Below, one piece after another: positions 38,470-51,209 of a DNA stretch of 64,000 nucleotides. Every line of letters starts with the position of its first letter. Position 1 is the stretch's first letter. Location of the stretch: NCBI GenBank assembly GCA_950097015.1, contig CATNEN010000002.1, forward strand, positions 2,294,001-2,358,000, written 5' to 3'. Below the pieces are notes generated by a model. That model saw nothing but the letters and a program-made list of their open reading frames with translations. It had not been told where the DNA came from and did no database searches. Both the position numbers and the translations under genes were made by a program. Source of the stretch: Macrostomum hystrix. Taxonomy: Eukaryota > Animalia > Platyhelminthes.

Positions 38470-38680
38470 ACCAGTATGGATTTATAATGGGAGCCGGCCT
38501 TGGTTGAACCTTGCTGCGCTTTCGTCAGGTCTCACTATCTATCGGGGTTTTGAGAGGCCGGTTTATCAATTTGGAAGGGGAGCATCGTGGATTGATTTAT
38601 GCCTCACCCGCCTGACTGGCCGTGATGGACTGTGTAAAACCCGGAACTGCATTGCCGCACACCGGGCTGTGTTTTATGTC
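38470..38680 (+). pseudogene. Possible remnant of a non-LTR retrotransposon AP-endonuclease C-terminus
   Basis: NGSRPW...PVYQFGRGASWIDLCLT...AAHRAVF resembles the NG...PT(F/Y)...S-IDL...SDH motif order. No RT domain seen adjacent. Confidence 0.4.
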
Positions 38681-39094
38681 TCCCAAACACACCACTCCAG
38701 CACCGCTGTCCCCTGCCTTGTGATAGATGAGCGTCATAAAAGTCAGGTTGATTGGAACTGCTGGGTCCGGATCATTTTTGCGGAATCGATTGTCGCTTCA
38801 AAGCTAGTCACAATGCGTATCTGCCTGCTATTCCTTCAGTTTATTGACGATTTTATGATCGGTTTGTGACTGTAGTATCGATTTTATTAGCAATAGCGAC
38901 CCATGAACTCACAGTCACTGCTCGCGATCAGAAAGTATGAACTCACCTGCTTTTGCCTTTAATAAGGAACCCCTACTGAACTTTGTGGCATTGGTTCTAC
39001 TTCAGATCCCCATTTGGTAATTCCCGAAACTGATGATGTGTTAATTCCTTAGGTTTCTTCAGGTGGCCTGACAATAAAATTGATCCTGTAATTA

Positions 39095-39946
39095 TAGCTT
39101 TTTGCGTTCTATTTGGGACAGCGGGCATTCCGTTTGGACACAATCGCTTTACCATCCTATCGAGAAAAACGTTTAAAAAACGTTTGTTTTTTTATTTTAA
39201 CAAAGCTGCACAGTGAATGTACGGTACCAATTCATGCGAACACGTTACAATATATGAATAGGAACAAAGTCCATGATAGCGAACACGATTATCTCATCCC
39301 GTAATGTCTTCTATCGCCAAGCAACTTGGGAATGTAACGCAGGGTGTGCTGATACCACGCGCCACATTTTTGCTGAATGATGGCATCCACAGCCTCGACA
39401 CCACAGCGCTGTAATACCATTATACTCCAGTCCTTGGCAGTGAGATCAGGAGGAACAAAAGCCAGCTCCTGTTAAACATAGGGCTCAGTCAGTAGGCGCT
39501 TCACTGCTGCCTTGAATGCGCTGTCCTGTGCCATAGACATTGGTAAAATCTCGCATTGTGCCTGCCCTATGTACACATGCGTTCCCCCTATGAACATTCA
39601 TATGTCCAAATTGAATGCCCGCTGTCCCAAATAGAAAGTCCACGTGTGCCTTTTCTACCATAGACAGACTGGGCCGAGTGGAATGAGCGGGTTTCTAACC
39701 CATCTCCATATTGAATGCCCGCTGTCCCAAATAGAAAGTCCGCGTGTGCCTTTTCTACCATAGACAGACTGGGCCGAGTGGAATGAGCGGGTTTCTAACC
39801 CATCACCATATTGAATGCCCGCTGTCCCAAATAGAAAGTCCGCGTGTGCCTTCTCTACCATAGACAGACTGGGCCGAGTGGAATGAGCGGGTTTAAACCC
39901 ATCTCCATATTGAATGCCCGCTGTCCCAAAGAGAACGCAAAAAGCT
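39095..39946. mobile_element. TA-flanked non-autonomous TIR element (MITE-like) with 100-bp subterminal repeats
   Basis: ~35-bp TIR TAGCTTTT(T)GCGTTCT(A/C)TTTGGGACAGCGGGCATTC at both ends; TA at 39093-39094 and 39947-39948. Confidence 0.75.
39605..39930 (+). repeat. 100-bp tandem repeat (~3.3 units) containing the TIR motif
   Basis: TTGAATGCCCGCTGTCCCAAA at 39611, 39711, 39811 and 39910. Confidence 0.93.
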
Positions 39947-40674
39947 ATATTCGTTTTGTCCAATGTTTTGAGACTGCACCAGACAAATTTACTACAGAAA
40001 TATCTCGATTCGGATGTTGTACACACGCTCTGTTACCCAGACGTGGTGTTATAATAAAAGTTTCGCATAAATAATGCAACCCGATAGATAAGAATCTATT
40101 TGCGAAGGCTTTGTCGGCAAACTGTGGCAGCGGTGGTGGTGTGAGTCAAGGTGGTAACTCACACCTGGCTGTACACTAAATATATACAATGAAGTTTATG
40201 GCTTTACACATTAGAGCGTTTGTTTATCGTTCTAATTGCTCTCATAAATTATCAGTGAATGTAAGCCTTGACTTTTCAGATCTTGTTTGTTGGATTTTGT
40301 TTATGAAATTTCAATAATGTGATACGTATACAGCAAGGAATCAAGAATACATAATCTTTATGGTTCATCCATATAAAAAGCTGATGATAGACCTGCATTT
40401 GATAAATTGCTTGTTTATGTGTAATTTACTTCCACGGGACTGGCAGGTAGGCATGGCACCTTTTTCGTCAAGGATAGGCCGATGATAATATTAAGCAGAT
40501 TATTATTTTCCACATTGAGAATAATTCTTTCTTTTATGTTACCTAGAACAGCTTGTTGCTGCTGCGAAACGTATCGAATGCACTGCACAATGTTTATCTT
40601 GGTATCTTAAATTTGCTTGCAAGGGCCTCAGACATATCCTTCCTAGATTCAGATCACTACTATTAGTCATTGCA

Positions 40675-40870
40675 ACCTGGATGTCCTTCAGGTGATCGGT
40701 AATTGTTACCTGGTTGTCCTTCAGGTGATCGGTAATTGCTATGGTTACCTGGTTGTCCTTCAGGTGATCGGTGATTGTTGTTTCCTAGTTGTACTTCAGG
40801 TGATCGGTGATTGTTGTTACCTGGTTTTCCTTCATGAGATTGGTCATTGCTAACTGGGTGTTTTTCAGGT
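40675..40870 (+). repeat. Diverged ~31-bp repeat ACCTGGTTGTCCTTCAGGTGATCGGT...
   Basis: Direct reading, ~6 units. Confidence 0.8.
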
Positions 40871-41232
40871 TATCGTCTATAAGCCAATGATTTCACGACC
40901 CTTTAAGCATCGATATTTTAGTATTCACTAAATTACAGCCAGCTGGCATTTGTTAATTCTGTTGAATTTCTCAGTTCCCGGGCATTAGCTTAGCTCTACC
41001 TGGATCTCTTCTTTTAGCTAAAATAAATTCCGCAATCGTAAATCCTAGGATTAGAAAGTAATCACAAAAAGCTAAAACTGAACTAAATTTGCGACACCCC
41101 AATCGGGGTTCGTTCCGCAGCAGTCAAACTGCAGCTAATAAAAATGTTTGATTACCAAACATTCAATTCTAAAAATCTAGAAATGGTAATATGTTAGTCT
41201 TACTTGCAACATCAGTTTTAATTTAATATATT

Positions 41233-41610
41233 TAATGTAGAAAGGGAGAGAATGGGAGGCAGAGGATGGGAGGCAGAGGATGGGAGGCAGAGGATGGGAG
41301 GCAGAGGATGGGAGGCAGAGGATGGGAGGCAGAGGATGGGAGGCAGAGGATGGGAGGCAGAGGATGGGAGGCAGAGGATGGGAGGCAGAGGATGGGAGGC
41401 AGAGGATGGGAGGCAGAGGATGGGAGGCAGAGGATGGGAGGCAGAGGATGGGAGGCAGAGGATGGGAGGCAGAGGATGGGAGGCAGAGGATGGGAGGCAG
41501 AGGATGGGAGGCAGAGGATGGGAGGCAGAGGATGGGAGGCAGAGGATGGGAGGCAGAGGATGGGAGGCAGAGGATGGGAGGCAGAGGATGGGAGGCAGAG
41601 GATGGGAGGG
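41233..41610 (+). repeat. 14-bp minisatellite GGGAGGCAGAGGAT
   Basis: Near-perfect array; second, more diverged array at 44185-44497. Confidence 0.96.
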
Positions 41611-42034
41611 GATGATGGAAATTTCTATGAAAGAAATCGTAAAGATTTGTTACAGAATACAGATAGCAGTGTATGCACAAAACTATAAAAGTAAAGCTTT
41701 GGCCTTTACAAAAGCGGAATTCTGCAATGATCTATCCTGTACATTACATTCCCAATGCAAAGTTGATGCATTAATTACAGCTTTTTCGCAGTTGCTGTGC
41801 AGTGCACAAGTGTCTGCATTCTTCGCAGACGCCAAGGTACGCCAGTGCAGTCCACCTGTAGTTACCAAGTTTGAATTTTATAGAAATATTTTAAATATTG
41901 AATTCCCCCCCAATCTGCGAGTGCGAATCAAGAAAGAAGATCAGAGATACCGAACCGCACTAATGCAGGTGTTGAGGGCTGCGATGCACCTTGAGATTTT
42001 GGGTGCCATGCAGGTATTGCTTTTATAAACATAG

Positions 42035-42637
42035 AGGAGGCAATTCTGCCCATTTCGCGGACTCCTGAGCACACACGCACACAGGAGTGTACTTCTGCCC
42101 TGACTTTCTCATCGTCAGGCAATGTACCCTCTCACTGATTCACTGAGAGGTTGTAGGCTTGTAGCCTGGTGATTAGAGCGTCAGACTCGCGACTTGAAGG
42201 TCGGGGGTTCGATTCCTCACTGGAAAAATGTGTCCTTTCAGCAAGACACTTAAGTCTGCATTGCTTCAGTAAGTTCAGTTCATGTAGCTGTCAAACGGGT
42301 ACCAGCATTAACAACTGGGGTAATTGAGGGTGGGTGTGGCGTCCCCCCAGTCCATGGACTGAACAGCTATACGCAGCCTTCAGATGCGTCGCGCAATAGC
42401 TGCGGCTGTGCTGTCGGCTGTACATCTGTCCCAATCGGGGCAGGTGTAATCAATTATTATAATATTATTACTGTGCCTTGGAGGTTGACCCTCAAGGGCG
42501 TAAATTGCACTACAAGCCCCCAAGCCTTCTCTCCGCGGCTGCGCCCCCAATAAAAGTGGCGTAGCCGCGCAACTGAGCTCAAGGAGGACCTTGATGCGAG
42601 AGGCAAACGCGTTAGACCGCTCTGGCACTGCCGCGCC
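42035..42637 (-). mobile_element. SINE family A copy, split by a second SINE
   Basis: Collinear with 18360-18656 on both sides of the insert. Confidence 0.7.
42156..42470 (+). mobile_element. tRNA-derived SINE with a CORE-like central domain (family B)
   Basis: A box TAGCCTGGTGA, B box GGTTCGATTCC (42206-42216), GTGTCCTTTCAGCAAGACACTTAA...CTGTCAAACGGGTACC resembling the CORE domain, and an (ATT)-type tail. Confidence 0.75.
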
Positions 42638-44184
42638 AAGCTGAGGGCTCAAATTAGCTTATCTTGTTTGTGCGTGATTACTAATTCATAACTTATTTAT
42701 CTGTTATCCTGATACCTTCACTAATATATTTCGGCATGTATGTTAATTTCAAGAGCACGACAGAAAATAAAACTTCACCTATATCGGTGTCAAGTTTCTG
42801 GTGAAATATTAATAGATAGAAATGATTACCTTAACCCAGTTGTTCCATTCCAGTTCACCCCACCTATTCCAGTCGATACCGATTTTACTGCTAAGAAGGC
42901 AGTGACCCTAAACCTCTCGGTAAGGATTTAACAAATGCATGGGCAGTCAAATCTCTTTGTGAAGGATATCTACTGAACTAACAGCTAATCAACTGTTAAC
43001 CAGTGTATTATATGCCCACCACAACTGCTTACTACTGACTAGGCACAGGTAAACAAAGCTATCAATCAACCAACCGCTTGACAGTGGGCAGTCTTGTCCG
43101 CATTAAGGCACACGGGTCGGTGGCTCTCTAATCCGACTCAATTCTCTGCTCATTTTTCTGTCTGTTTAGCGCAGCGGCAGCAGCGGGCACAGCACAATGG
43201 CTTTTGAGCAATGACAACTTTCAGTGGCTTTATAGCGCGGCCCGGCTTGTCAATGGGGAGTGGGAATCAAGTAGGGGTATCAACTGCGCGACTGGATGTT
43301 GTCTGTGCCCTGCGTGCGCGCGGAATTACTTCGTGGCGGAATTAATGACATGCCCGTCAATTTGCGCACGTATGGGCGGGGAGGCCCTGACCATGCGGCA
43401 GCCTTGATTACTAATACTAAACAAGGCCGGGTCAGCATCAAAACACTGAGCCGCTGCTGACACAGCGTGACTGCGCAGTGTCAAATTTAGATTTTGGAGG
43501 GCTTTCGGAGGGTTAGTAAGGCCAGTTGTCGGCTAGTCTTTGATCCGATAATAGCTAATAAAACCGCCAACGCACACTGATATTTACGACTCATGAATGT
43601 GCACACATTATGCGACTGCGCATGGAGTGTTAAGCTTAAATTTGAGGTTTAAGGTTTGGGGAGGGTTCTGGCGGCTTAGTAGGGCCAGTTGTCGGCTAGT
43701 CTTTGATCCGCAAATAGCTAACAACAGCGTGAATGCACACGCATGCGCATTCACTGACCGACCTCCAATGGCAATGGGTCAGTGCAAGGGTGCTTGTGTC
43801 ATGCCCCACTCGCTGGACGCATTTGGACCAGCGATTAATCTGAAAACCAGTGATTGATTAAATCTTCAATTATAGTCGAGTCTCCAGCTTGCTTATCTCC
43901 TCGCCTTATTCATATTTTTTGTGTTGCTTTTAAGCGAGTGAACTATGAACTGTGCGCTCCAGATTTTAATTGGATTGATCAGGTAGCAATTGTTCGCTGA
44001 TCTTTGTCGAAAAAAAATTGAATAACTGCTTAAAATAGGAGAAAACGATAAGGAGCAAATTAAAAAAATTATCGACTACAGACAAGAGAAGGAAAGGACT
44101 GAAAGCAGATGGTTGGAAAGATCGAGGATATGTGGGATGATATGTCTGGGAAAAGTTGTGAGCGAGAGGGCGGGAAAATAGTAT

Positions 44185-44497
44185 GGTAGGCAGAGGACGG
44201 GAGGCAGAGGATGGGAGGTAGAGGATGGGAGGCAGAGGATGGGAGGCAGAGGATGGTAGGCAGAGGACGGGAGGCAGAGGATGGGAGGCAGAGGATGGGA
44301 GGCAGAGGATGGTAGGCAGAGGATTAGAGGCAGAGGATGGGAGGCAGAGGATGGTAGGCAGAGGATGGGAGGCAGGGGATAGGAGGCAGAGGATGGGAAG
44401 CAGGGGATGGGGGGCAGGGGATGGAGGCAGAGGATGGGAGGCAGAGGATGGGAAGCAGAGGATGGGAGGCAGGGCATGGGAGGCAGAGGATGGGAGG
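44185..44497 (+). repeat. 14-bp minisatellite GGGAGGCAGAGGAT (diverged)
   Basis: Direct reading. Confidence 0.92.
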
Positions 44498-45059
44498 GAG
44501 TTGAAATTAATGCTAGCTTACTTTTAACGCAGAAGAATGCTAGTATTTCTCACTCATAAATGCTCAGGATTGCAGCTAATGCTCAGCCACCTATCTGTTT
44601 GTCTCTGTCTACTTCAAAACCCTGCGGATATGTTGATATGCTTGATAAAAGCTTATCTTCACTGCTCCACTGAATCGCGCTGCGACAGCTGTTATATTAT
44701 TGACATTAATTAATGCTGCCTTGCGCGGGTGCCGCCTAGAGATGACAGATTTTGAAGTCGTTAATCTTGCCTCACCCACTGCGGTAGCAGAGAATAGACG
44801 GACGATAAACGGCAGGGCTGGACGGAGCAGTAGACCGCAATGCGTCCATTTTTCTATGACAATTGAGAACAGAGCGCCGGCCGCTCGCGTTGATTGATGA
44901 CAGTGAGACAGATAGAGGGTAGCGGGCTGAATTTTGTTTGTCCTCAAGCAAAACTAAAAACAACAAGCTTTTTTCGAGCGAAGCGAAGCAAGCAGCCAAA
45001 CAGCTAGAAATAAGAGAGGCCGATTTACTCTCCTTGACATATTTTCCGCTCCCTATTCA

Positions 45060-48000
45060 AATCTTTCCCATCCCAATCTCTCCCCATCCCGATCTCTCCC
45101 AATCCCGATCTCTCCCCATCCCGATCTCTCCCCATCCCGATCTCACCTCATCCCGATCTCTCCCCATCCCGATCTCTCCCCATCCCGATCTCTCCCCATC
45201 CCGATCTCTCCCCATCCCGATCTCTCCCAATCCCGATCTCTCCCCAACCCGATCTCTCCCCATCCCGATCTCTCCCCATCCCGATCTCTCCCCATCCCGA
45301 TCTCTCCCCATCCCGATCTCTCCCCATCCCGATCTCTCCCCATCCCGATCTCTCCTCATCCCAATCTCTCCCCATCCCAATCTCTCCCCATCCCAATCTC
45401 TCCCCATCCAAATGGCTCCCCATCCCGATCTCTCCCCATCCCGATCTCTCCCCATCCCGATCTCTCCCCATCCCGATCTCTCCCCATCCCGATCTCTCCC
45501 CATCCCGATCTCACCCCATCCCGATTTCTCCCCATCCCGATCTCTCCTCATCCCGATCTCTCCCCATCCAAATGGCTCCCCATCCCAATCTCTCCCCATC
45601 CCGATCTCTCCCCATCCCGATCTCTCCCCATCCCGATCTCTCCCCATCCCGATCTCTCCCCATCCCGATCTCTCCCCATCCGAATCTCTCCCCATCCCAA
45701 TCTCTCCCCATCCCAATGGCTCCCCATCCCGATCTCTCCCCATCCCGATCTCTCCCCATCCCGATCTCTCCCTATCCCAATCTCTCCCTATCCCAATCTC
45801 TCCCTATCCCAATCTCTCCCCATCCAAATGGCTCCCCATCCCAATCTCTCCCCATCCCGATCTCTCCCCATCCCGATCTCTCCCCATCCCGATCTCTCCC
45901 CATCCGAATCTCTCCCCATCCCGATCTCTCCCCATCCCGATCTCTCCCCATCCCGATCTCTCCCCATCCGAATCTCTCCCCATCCCAATCTCTCCCCATC
46001 CCAATCTCTCCCCATCCCAATCTCTCCCCATCCCAATCTCTCACCATCCCAATCTCTCCCCATCCCGATCTCTCCCCATCCCGATCTCTCCCCATCCGAA
46101 TCTCTCCCCATCCCAATCTCTCCCCATCCCAATGGCTCCCCATCCCAATCTCTCCCCATCCCGATCTCTCCCCATCCCGATCTCTCCCTATCCCAATCTC
46201 TCCCTATCCCAATCTCTCCCTATCCCAATCTCTCCCCATCCAAATGGCTCCCCATCCCAATCTCTCCCCATCCCGATCTCTCCCCATCCCGATCTCTCCC
46301 CATCCCGATCTCTCCCCATCCCGATCTCTCCCCATCCCGATCTCTCCCCATCCCGATCTCTCCCCATCCGAATCTCTCCCCATCCCGATCTCTCCCCATC
46401 CCGATCTCTCCCCATCCCGATCTCTCCCCATCCGAATCTCTCCCCATCCCAATCTCTCCCCATCCCAATCTCTCCCCATCCCAATCTCTCCCCATCCCAA
46501 TCTCTCACCATCCCAATCTCTCCCCATCCCGATCTCTCCCCATCCCGATCTCTCCCTATCCCAATCTCTCCCTATCCCAATCTCTCCCTATCCCAATCTC
46601 TCCCTATCCCAATCTCTCCCCATCCAAATGGCTCCCCATCCCAATCTCTCCCCATCCCAATCTCTCCACATCTCCAATCTCACCCCATCTAAATCACTTC
46701 CCATCCCAATCTCTTTTCATCCCGATCTCTCCCCATCCCAATCTCTCCCCATCCTAATCTCTCCTCATCCCAATCTCTCCCCATCCAATCTCTCCTCATC
46801 CTAAACTATCCCCATCCAAATGGCTCCCCATCCCAATCTCACCCCATCCAAATCTCACCCTATCCCAATCTCTCCCCATCCAATCTCTCCCTATCCTAAT
46901 TTCTTAACATCCTAATCTCTCAATATCCCAATCTTTCCCCATCCCAATCTCTCCCCATCCCGATCTCTCCCCATCCCGATCTCTCCCCATCCCAATCTCT
47001 CCCTATCCCAATCTCTCCCCATCCCAATCTCTCCCCATCCCGATCTCTCCCCATCCCGATCTCTCCCCATCCCGATCTCTCCCCATCCCGATCTCTCCCC
47101 ATCCCAATCTCTCCCCATCCAAATGGCTCCCCATCCCAATCTCTCCACATCTCCAATCTCACCCCATCCCGATCTCTCCCCATCCCGACTTCTCCCCATC
47201 CCAATCTCTCCCCATCCTAATCTCTCCTCATCCCAATCTCTCCCCATCCCAATCTCTCCCCATCCCGATCTCTCCCCATCCCGATCTCTCCCCATCCCAA
47301 TCTCTCCCTATCCCAATCTCTCCCCATCCCAATCTCTCCCCATCCCGATCTCTCCCCATCCCGATCTCTCCCCATCCCGATCTCTCCCCATCCCGATCTC
47401 TCCCCATCCCAATCTCTCCCCATCCAAATGGCTCCCCATCCCAATCTCTCCACATCTCCAATCTCACCCCATCCCGATCTCTCCCCATCCCGATCTCTCC
47501 CCATCCCGATCTCTCCCCATCCCGATCTCTCCCCATCCCAATCTCTCCCCATCCAAATGGCTCCCCATCCCAATCTCTCCACATCTCCAATCTCACCCCA
47601 TCTAAATCACCTCCCATCCCAATCTCTTTTCATCCCGATCTCTCCCCATCCCAATCTCTCCTCATCCCAATCTCTCCCCATCCCGATCTCTCCCCATCCC
47701 GACTTCTCCCCATCCCAATCTCTCCCCATCCTAATCTCTCCTCATCCCAATCTCTCCCCATCCCAATCTCTCCCCATCCCAATCTCTCCCCATCCCGATC
47801 TCTCCCCATCCCAATCTCTCCCCATCCTAATCTCTCCTCATCCCGATCTCTCCCCATCTCAATATCTCCCCATCCCGATCTCTCCCCATCCCGATCTCTC
47901 CCCATCCCAATCTCTCCCCATCCTAATCTCTCCTCATCCCAATCTCTCCCCATCTAATCTCTCCTCATCCTAAACTATCCCCATCCAAATGGCTCCCCAT

Positions 48001-48350
48001 CCTAATCTCTTCCCCTCCCAATCTCACCCCATCCAAATCTCACCCCATCCCAATCTCACCCCATTTAAATCTCTCCCTATCCCAATCTCTCCCTATCCCA
48101 ATCTCTCCCCATCCCAATCTCTCCTCATCCCAATCTCTCCTCATCCCAATCTCCCCCCCATCCCAATCTCTCCCCATCCCAATCTCTCCTCATCCCAATC
48201 TCCCCCCCATCCCAATCTCTCCCCATCCCAATCTCTCCTCATCCCAATCTCCCCCCCATCCCAATCTCTCCCCATCCCAATCTCTCCTCATCCCAATTTC
48301 CCACCATCCCAATCTCTCCCCATCCCTATCTCAACGATCCCAATCAGCCC
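45060..48350 (+). repeat. 16-bp minisatellite CATCCC(G/A)ATCTCTCCC, ~200 units
   Basis: Direct reading; explains the ORF cluster at 45-48 kb. Confidence 0.96.
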
Positions 48351-48954
48351 AAATCCCGAACTCCACCTCACCTTGGGAGTCTCCTCCAACGGCTTCCATC
48401 CCAACTGTTGCTAAAAGCTGGTTGATAGCACCAAACTGATCCTAGATATCGCCAAGGGATTTTGACACCCGACAGTCTCTTTTGGCATTTGAGTCATCGG
48501 TTTCAAAGGAATGTCATAATATACAGTGGGCAGCTATCGCATAGATACAAAATCCTGAAGTCAAAGCTGTCCTGAGGAGACGGATGCGAGTTGAGGAAGA
48601 TCGAGTGGGCATGGCAAGCCAGTAAGAATGTAGTGCCTTCTGGAAACACATCAGACTATAAATCAACGCCCACACGGCCGCTATCACAACTATTCAGCGA
48701 TGACACTTGAATCGACAGTTTTTTATTTGTTACATTCTTCATTTTCCCTGCAGAGGTTACATAATTGATAGCAGCAGCGAGCATAAAAAACTTTCAACGT
48801 CATCCGCTTTGTTTTCAGGTGCTTTTATATACACTCGGCTTTGTAAAATCATAGGTTAAGGCGCTACAAATACTACTGACAGTACATTTTATGAACACAT
48901 TTTTCGCAAACTTTCAAACTGCATGAGAAGAGAAGAAGATATAGAAGATACTTG

Positions 48955-49655
48955 GATTGGAGAGATTGGGATGGGGAGAGATTGGGATGGGCAGAGATTG
49001 GGATGGGCAGAGATTGGGATGGGCAGAGATTGGGATGGGCAGAGATTGGGATGGGGAGAGATTGGGATGGGGAGAGATTGGGATGGGCAAAGATTGGGAT
49101 GGGAAGAGATTGGGATGGGGAGAGATTGGGATGGGCAGAGATTGGGATGGGCAGAGATTGGGATGGGGAGAGATTGGGATGGGGAGAGATTGGGACGGGA
49201 AGAGATTGGGATGGGAAGATATTGGGATAGGAAGTGATTTTGATGGGAAGTGATTGGGATGGGAAGTGATTGTAATGGGAAGTGATTGGGATGGGAAGTG
49301 ATTGGGATGGGAAGTGATTGGGATGGGAAGAGATTGGGATAGGGAGAGAATGGGACGGGAAGAGATTGGGATGGGAAGAGATTGGGATGGCCGGGAAGTG
49401 ATTTTGATGGGAAGTGATTGGGATGGGAAGTGATTTTGATGGGAAGTGATTGGGATGGGAAGTGATTGTAATGGGAAGAGATTGGGATGGGAAGTGATTG
49501 GGATGGGAAGAGATTGGGATGGGGAGAGATTGGGATGGGGAGAGATTGGGATGGGGAGAGATTGGGATGTGGAGAGATTGGGATGGGGAGAGATTGGGAT
49601 GGGAAGAGATTGCGATGGGGAGAGATTGGGATGTGGAGAGATTGGGACGAGGGAG
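48955..49655 (-). repeat. Same 16-bp family in inverted orientation (GGGAGAGATTGGGATG)
   Basis: Reverse complement of the 45060-48350 unit. Confidence 0.94.
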
Positions 49656-50634
49656 ATTGCGAAGTGGAGACTGAAATGACCTTTGTCGGATGATTTAATT
49701 TGAGACGATGCGAGGAAAATTTAAATTGTGATAGTTTTGTTTCGATCAGATTCTGAAGTTTAACATGTGAAAATTAGCAGCTGTTACTTACATTCAAATG
49801 ATAATGATGCTGATGTTGCTTAATTGAAATGTTATTTAAGTCAAATAAATTTAAGGATTTGTCCGTTTTTTAGAGCAAATCTACTATAAAAACTTGTTAC
49901 AAAACAAAGTAACTTCTTTATGCTCTGCAAAAACAAAATTTAATCTGTCACAAAAACACAGATTTTAAGGAAAATATGTTTGTTGTATTTTGTTATAAAC
50001 ACTTTTGTATGAAAGCATAAGTGAAAGCCCCGCGGTTTTGATTTAAAGTGTAACGCAATTTTAAAAAAAAACAATTTCACTCTAATCAGTGGGTAATTAT
50101 TTGGAACCATGTAAACAAAGATTTTATGTATGTATGTGGTATGTGGGCACGATATTTACAGCAACATAATAACATTTTCCTAAAGTAGTTTCTAGTGACA
50201 AAGTATAGTAGGTAGCATGTCTGAAAAACTAAGTTATATTATTGTTATAATATTAATATAATTATTTAACACTTTTCTGATTATTAATTTATCAAAACAA
50301 TTCTTATAAGTTCCACTGCTATATTCATAGTATATTCAGAATATATAATATATATATAATATAATATTCTATCCTACACGGCTTCTTATTTCAAGCTTTC
50401 AAGCTTTGTATCTAGTAAAAGCTGCTACTGGTTACTGGACTTAAATGAAACACAGGACTAGCTGTTCTATTTACAGTGTCAGTTACTTTTTATATCCTTA
50501 AATACAGGAAAATTCTCACATTTAATTTTATTTAGGCAGCACTTATTTCCTTGGTACAGCACCAATAACTTGCAGACTATTGAGCCTTTGATTTCCATGG
50601 CTATAAGGCCTGCTTGGTGGCTCTAAGACTAGCA

Positions 50635-51209
50635 CATACATCATACATGCGCAACACCCGGCCGACCCGGCCAAACCGGCCGGGTGAAACGAGGGCCAAG
50701 CAAGGTAAGTCGCAAAAACCAATTGACCAAGCGCAAAAAAATCAAAGGGGGGACCAAGGGACAAAAAAGGAAGGCGTGAAGAAAAGGAAAAAGGGGAGAG
50801 AAAAAGAGAGCAAATGAGAGCAAACTAAGTCGTAAATAGAGCAATGAAATGAACTAAGTCGCAAATGAGAGCAAAAACTAAGTCGCATGGCCGGCTAAGA
50901 TTTGGGAGGTTGCGCATGTATGACATACATGCGCAACACCCGGCCAACCCGGTCGAACTGGCCAAGCAAGGTAAGTCGCAAAAACCAATTGATCAAGCGC
51001 AAAAAAATCAAAGAGGGGACAAAGGGACAAAAAAGGAAGGCGTGAAGAAAAGGAAAAAGGGGAGAGAAAAAGAGAGCAAATAAGAGCAAACTAAGTCGTA
51101 AATAGAGCAATGAAACGAACTAAGTCACAAATGAGAGCAAAATAAGTCATAAATAGAGCAAAAACTAAGTTGCACGGCTGGCTAAGATTTGGGAGATTGC
51201 GCATGTATG
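50635..51209. mobile_element. Two nested hAT-like MITEs of one family (young copy 50642-50922 inside the TIR of the older copy)
   Basis: TIR CATACATGCGCAA. 8-bp TSD ACATACAT (50634-50641 and 50923-50930) for the inner copy; GACTAGCA/GACTAGAA (50627-50634 and 51210-51217) for the outer copy. Confidence 0.85.

Noticed and set aside
48430-48690. Possible LINE RT remnant on the minus strand (CFQKALHS...IRLLRTAL...FET)
   Set aside because: Only loose resemblance to DFxKAFDS, with stops. It needs a profile search, so it is not called.
44938-49693. Proline-rich extensin-like and Gly/Trp-rich ORFs (up to 584 aa)
   Set aside because: Translations of a 16-bp unit cycling through frames.
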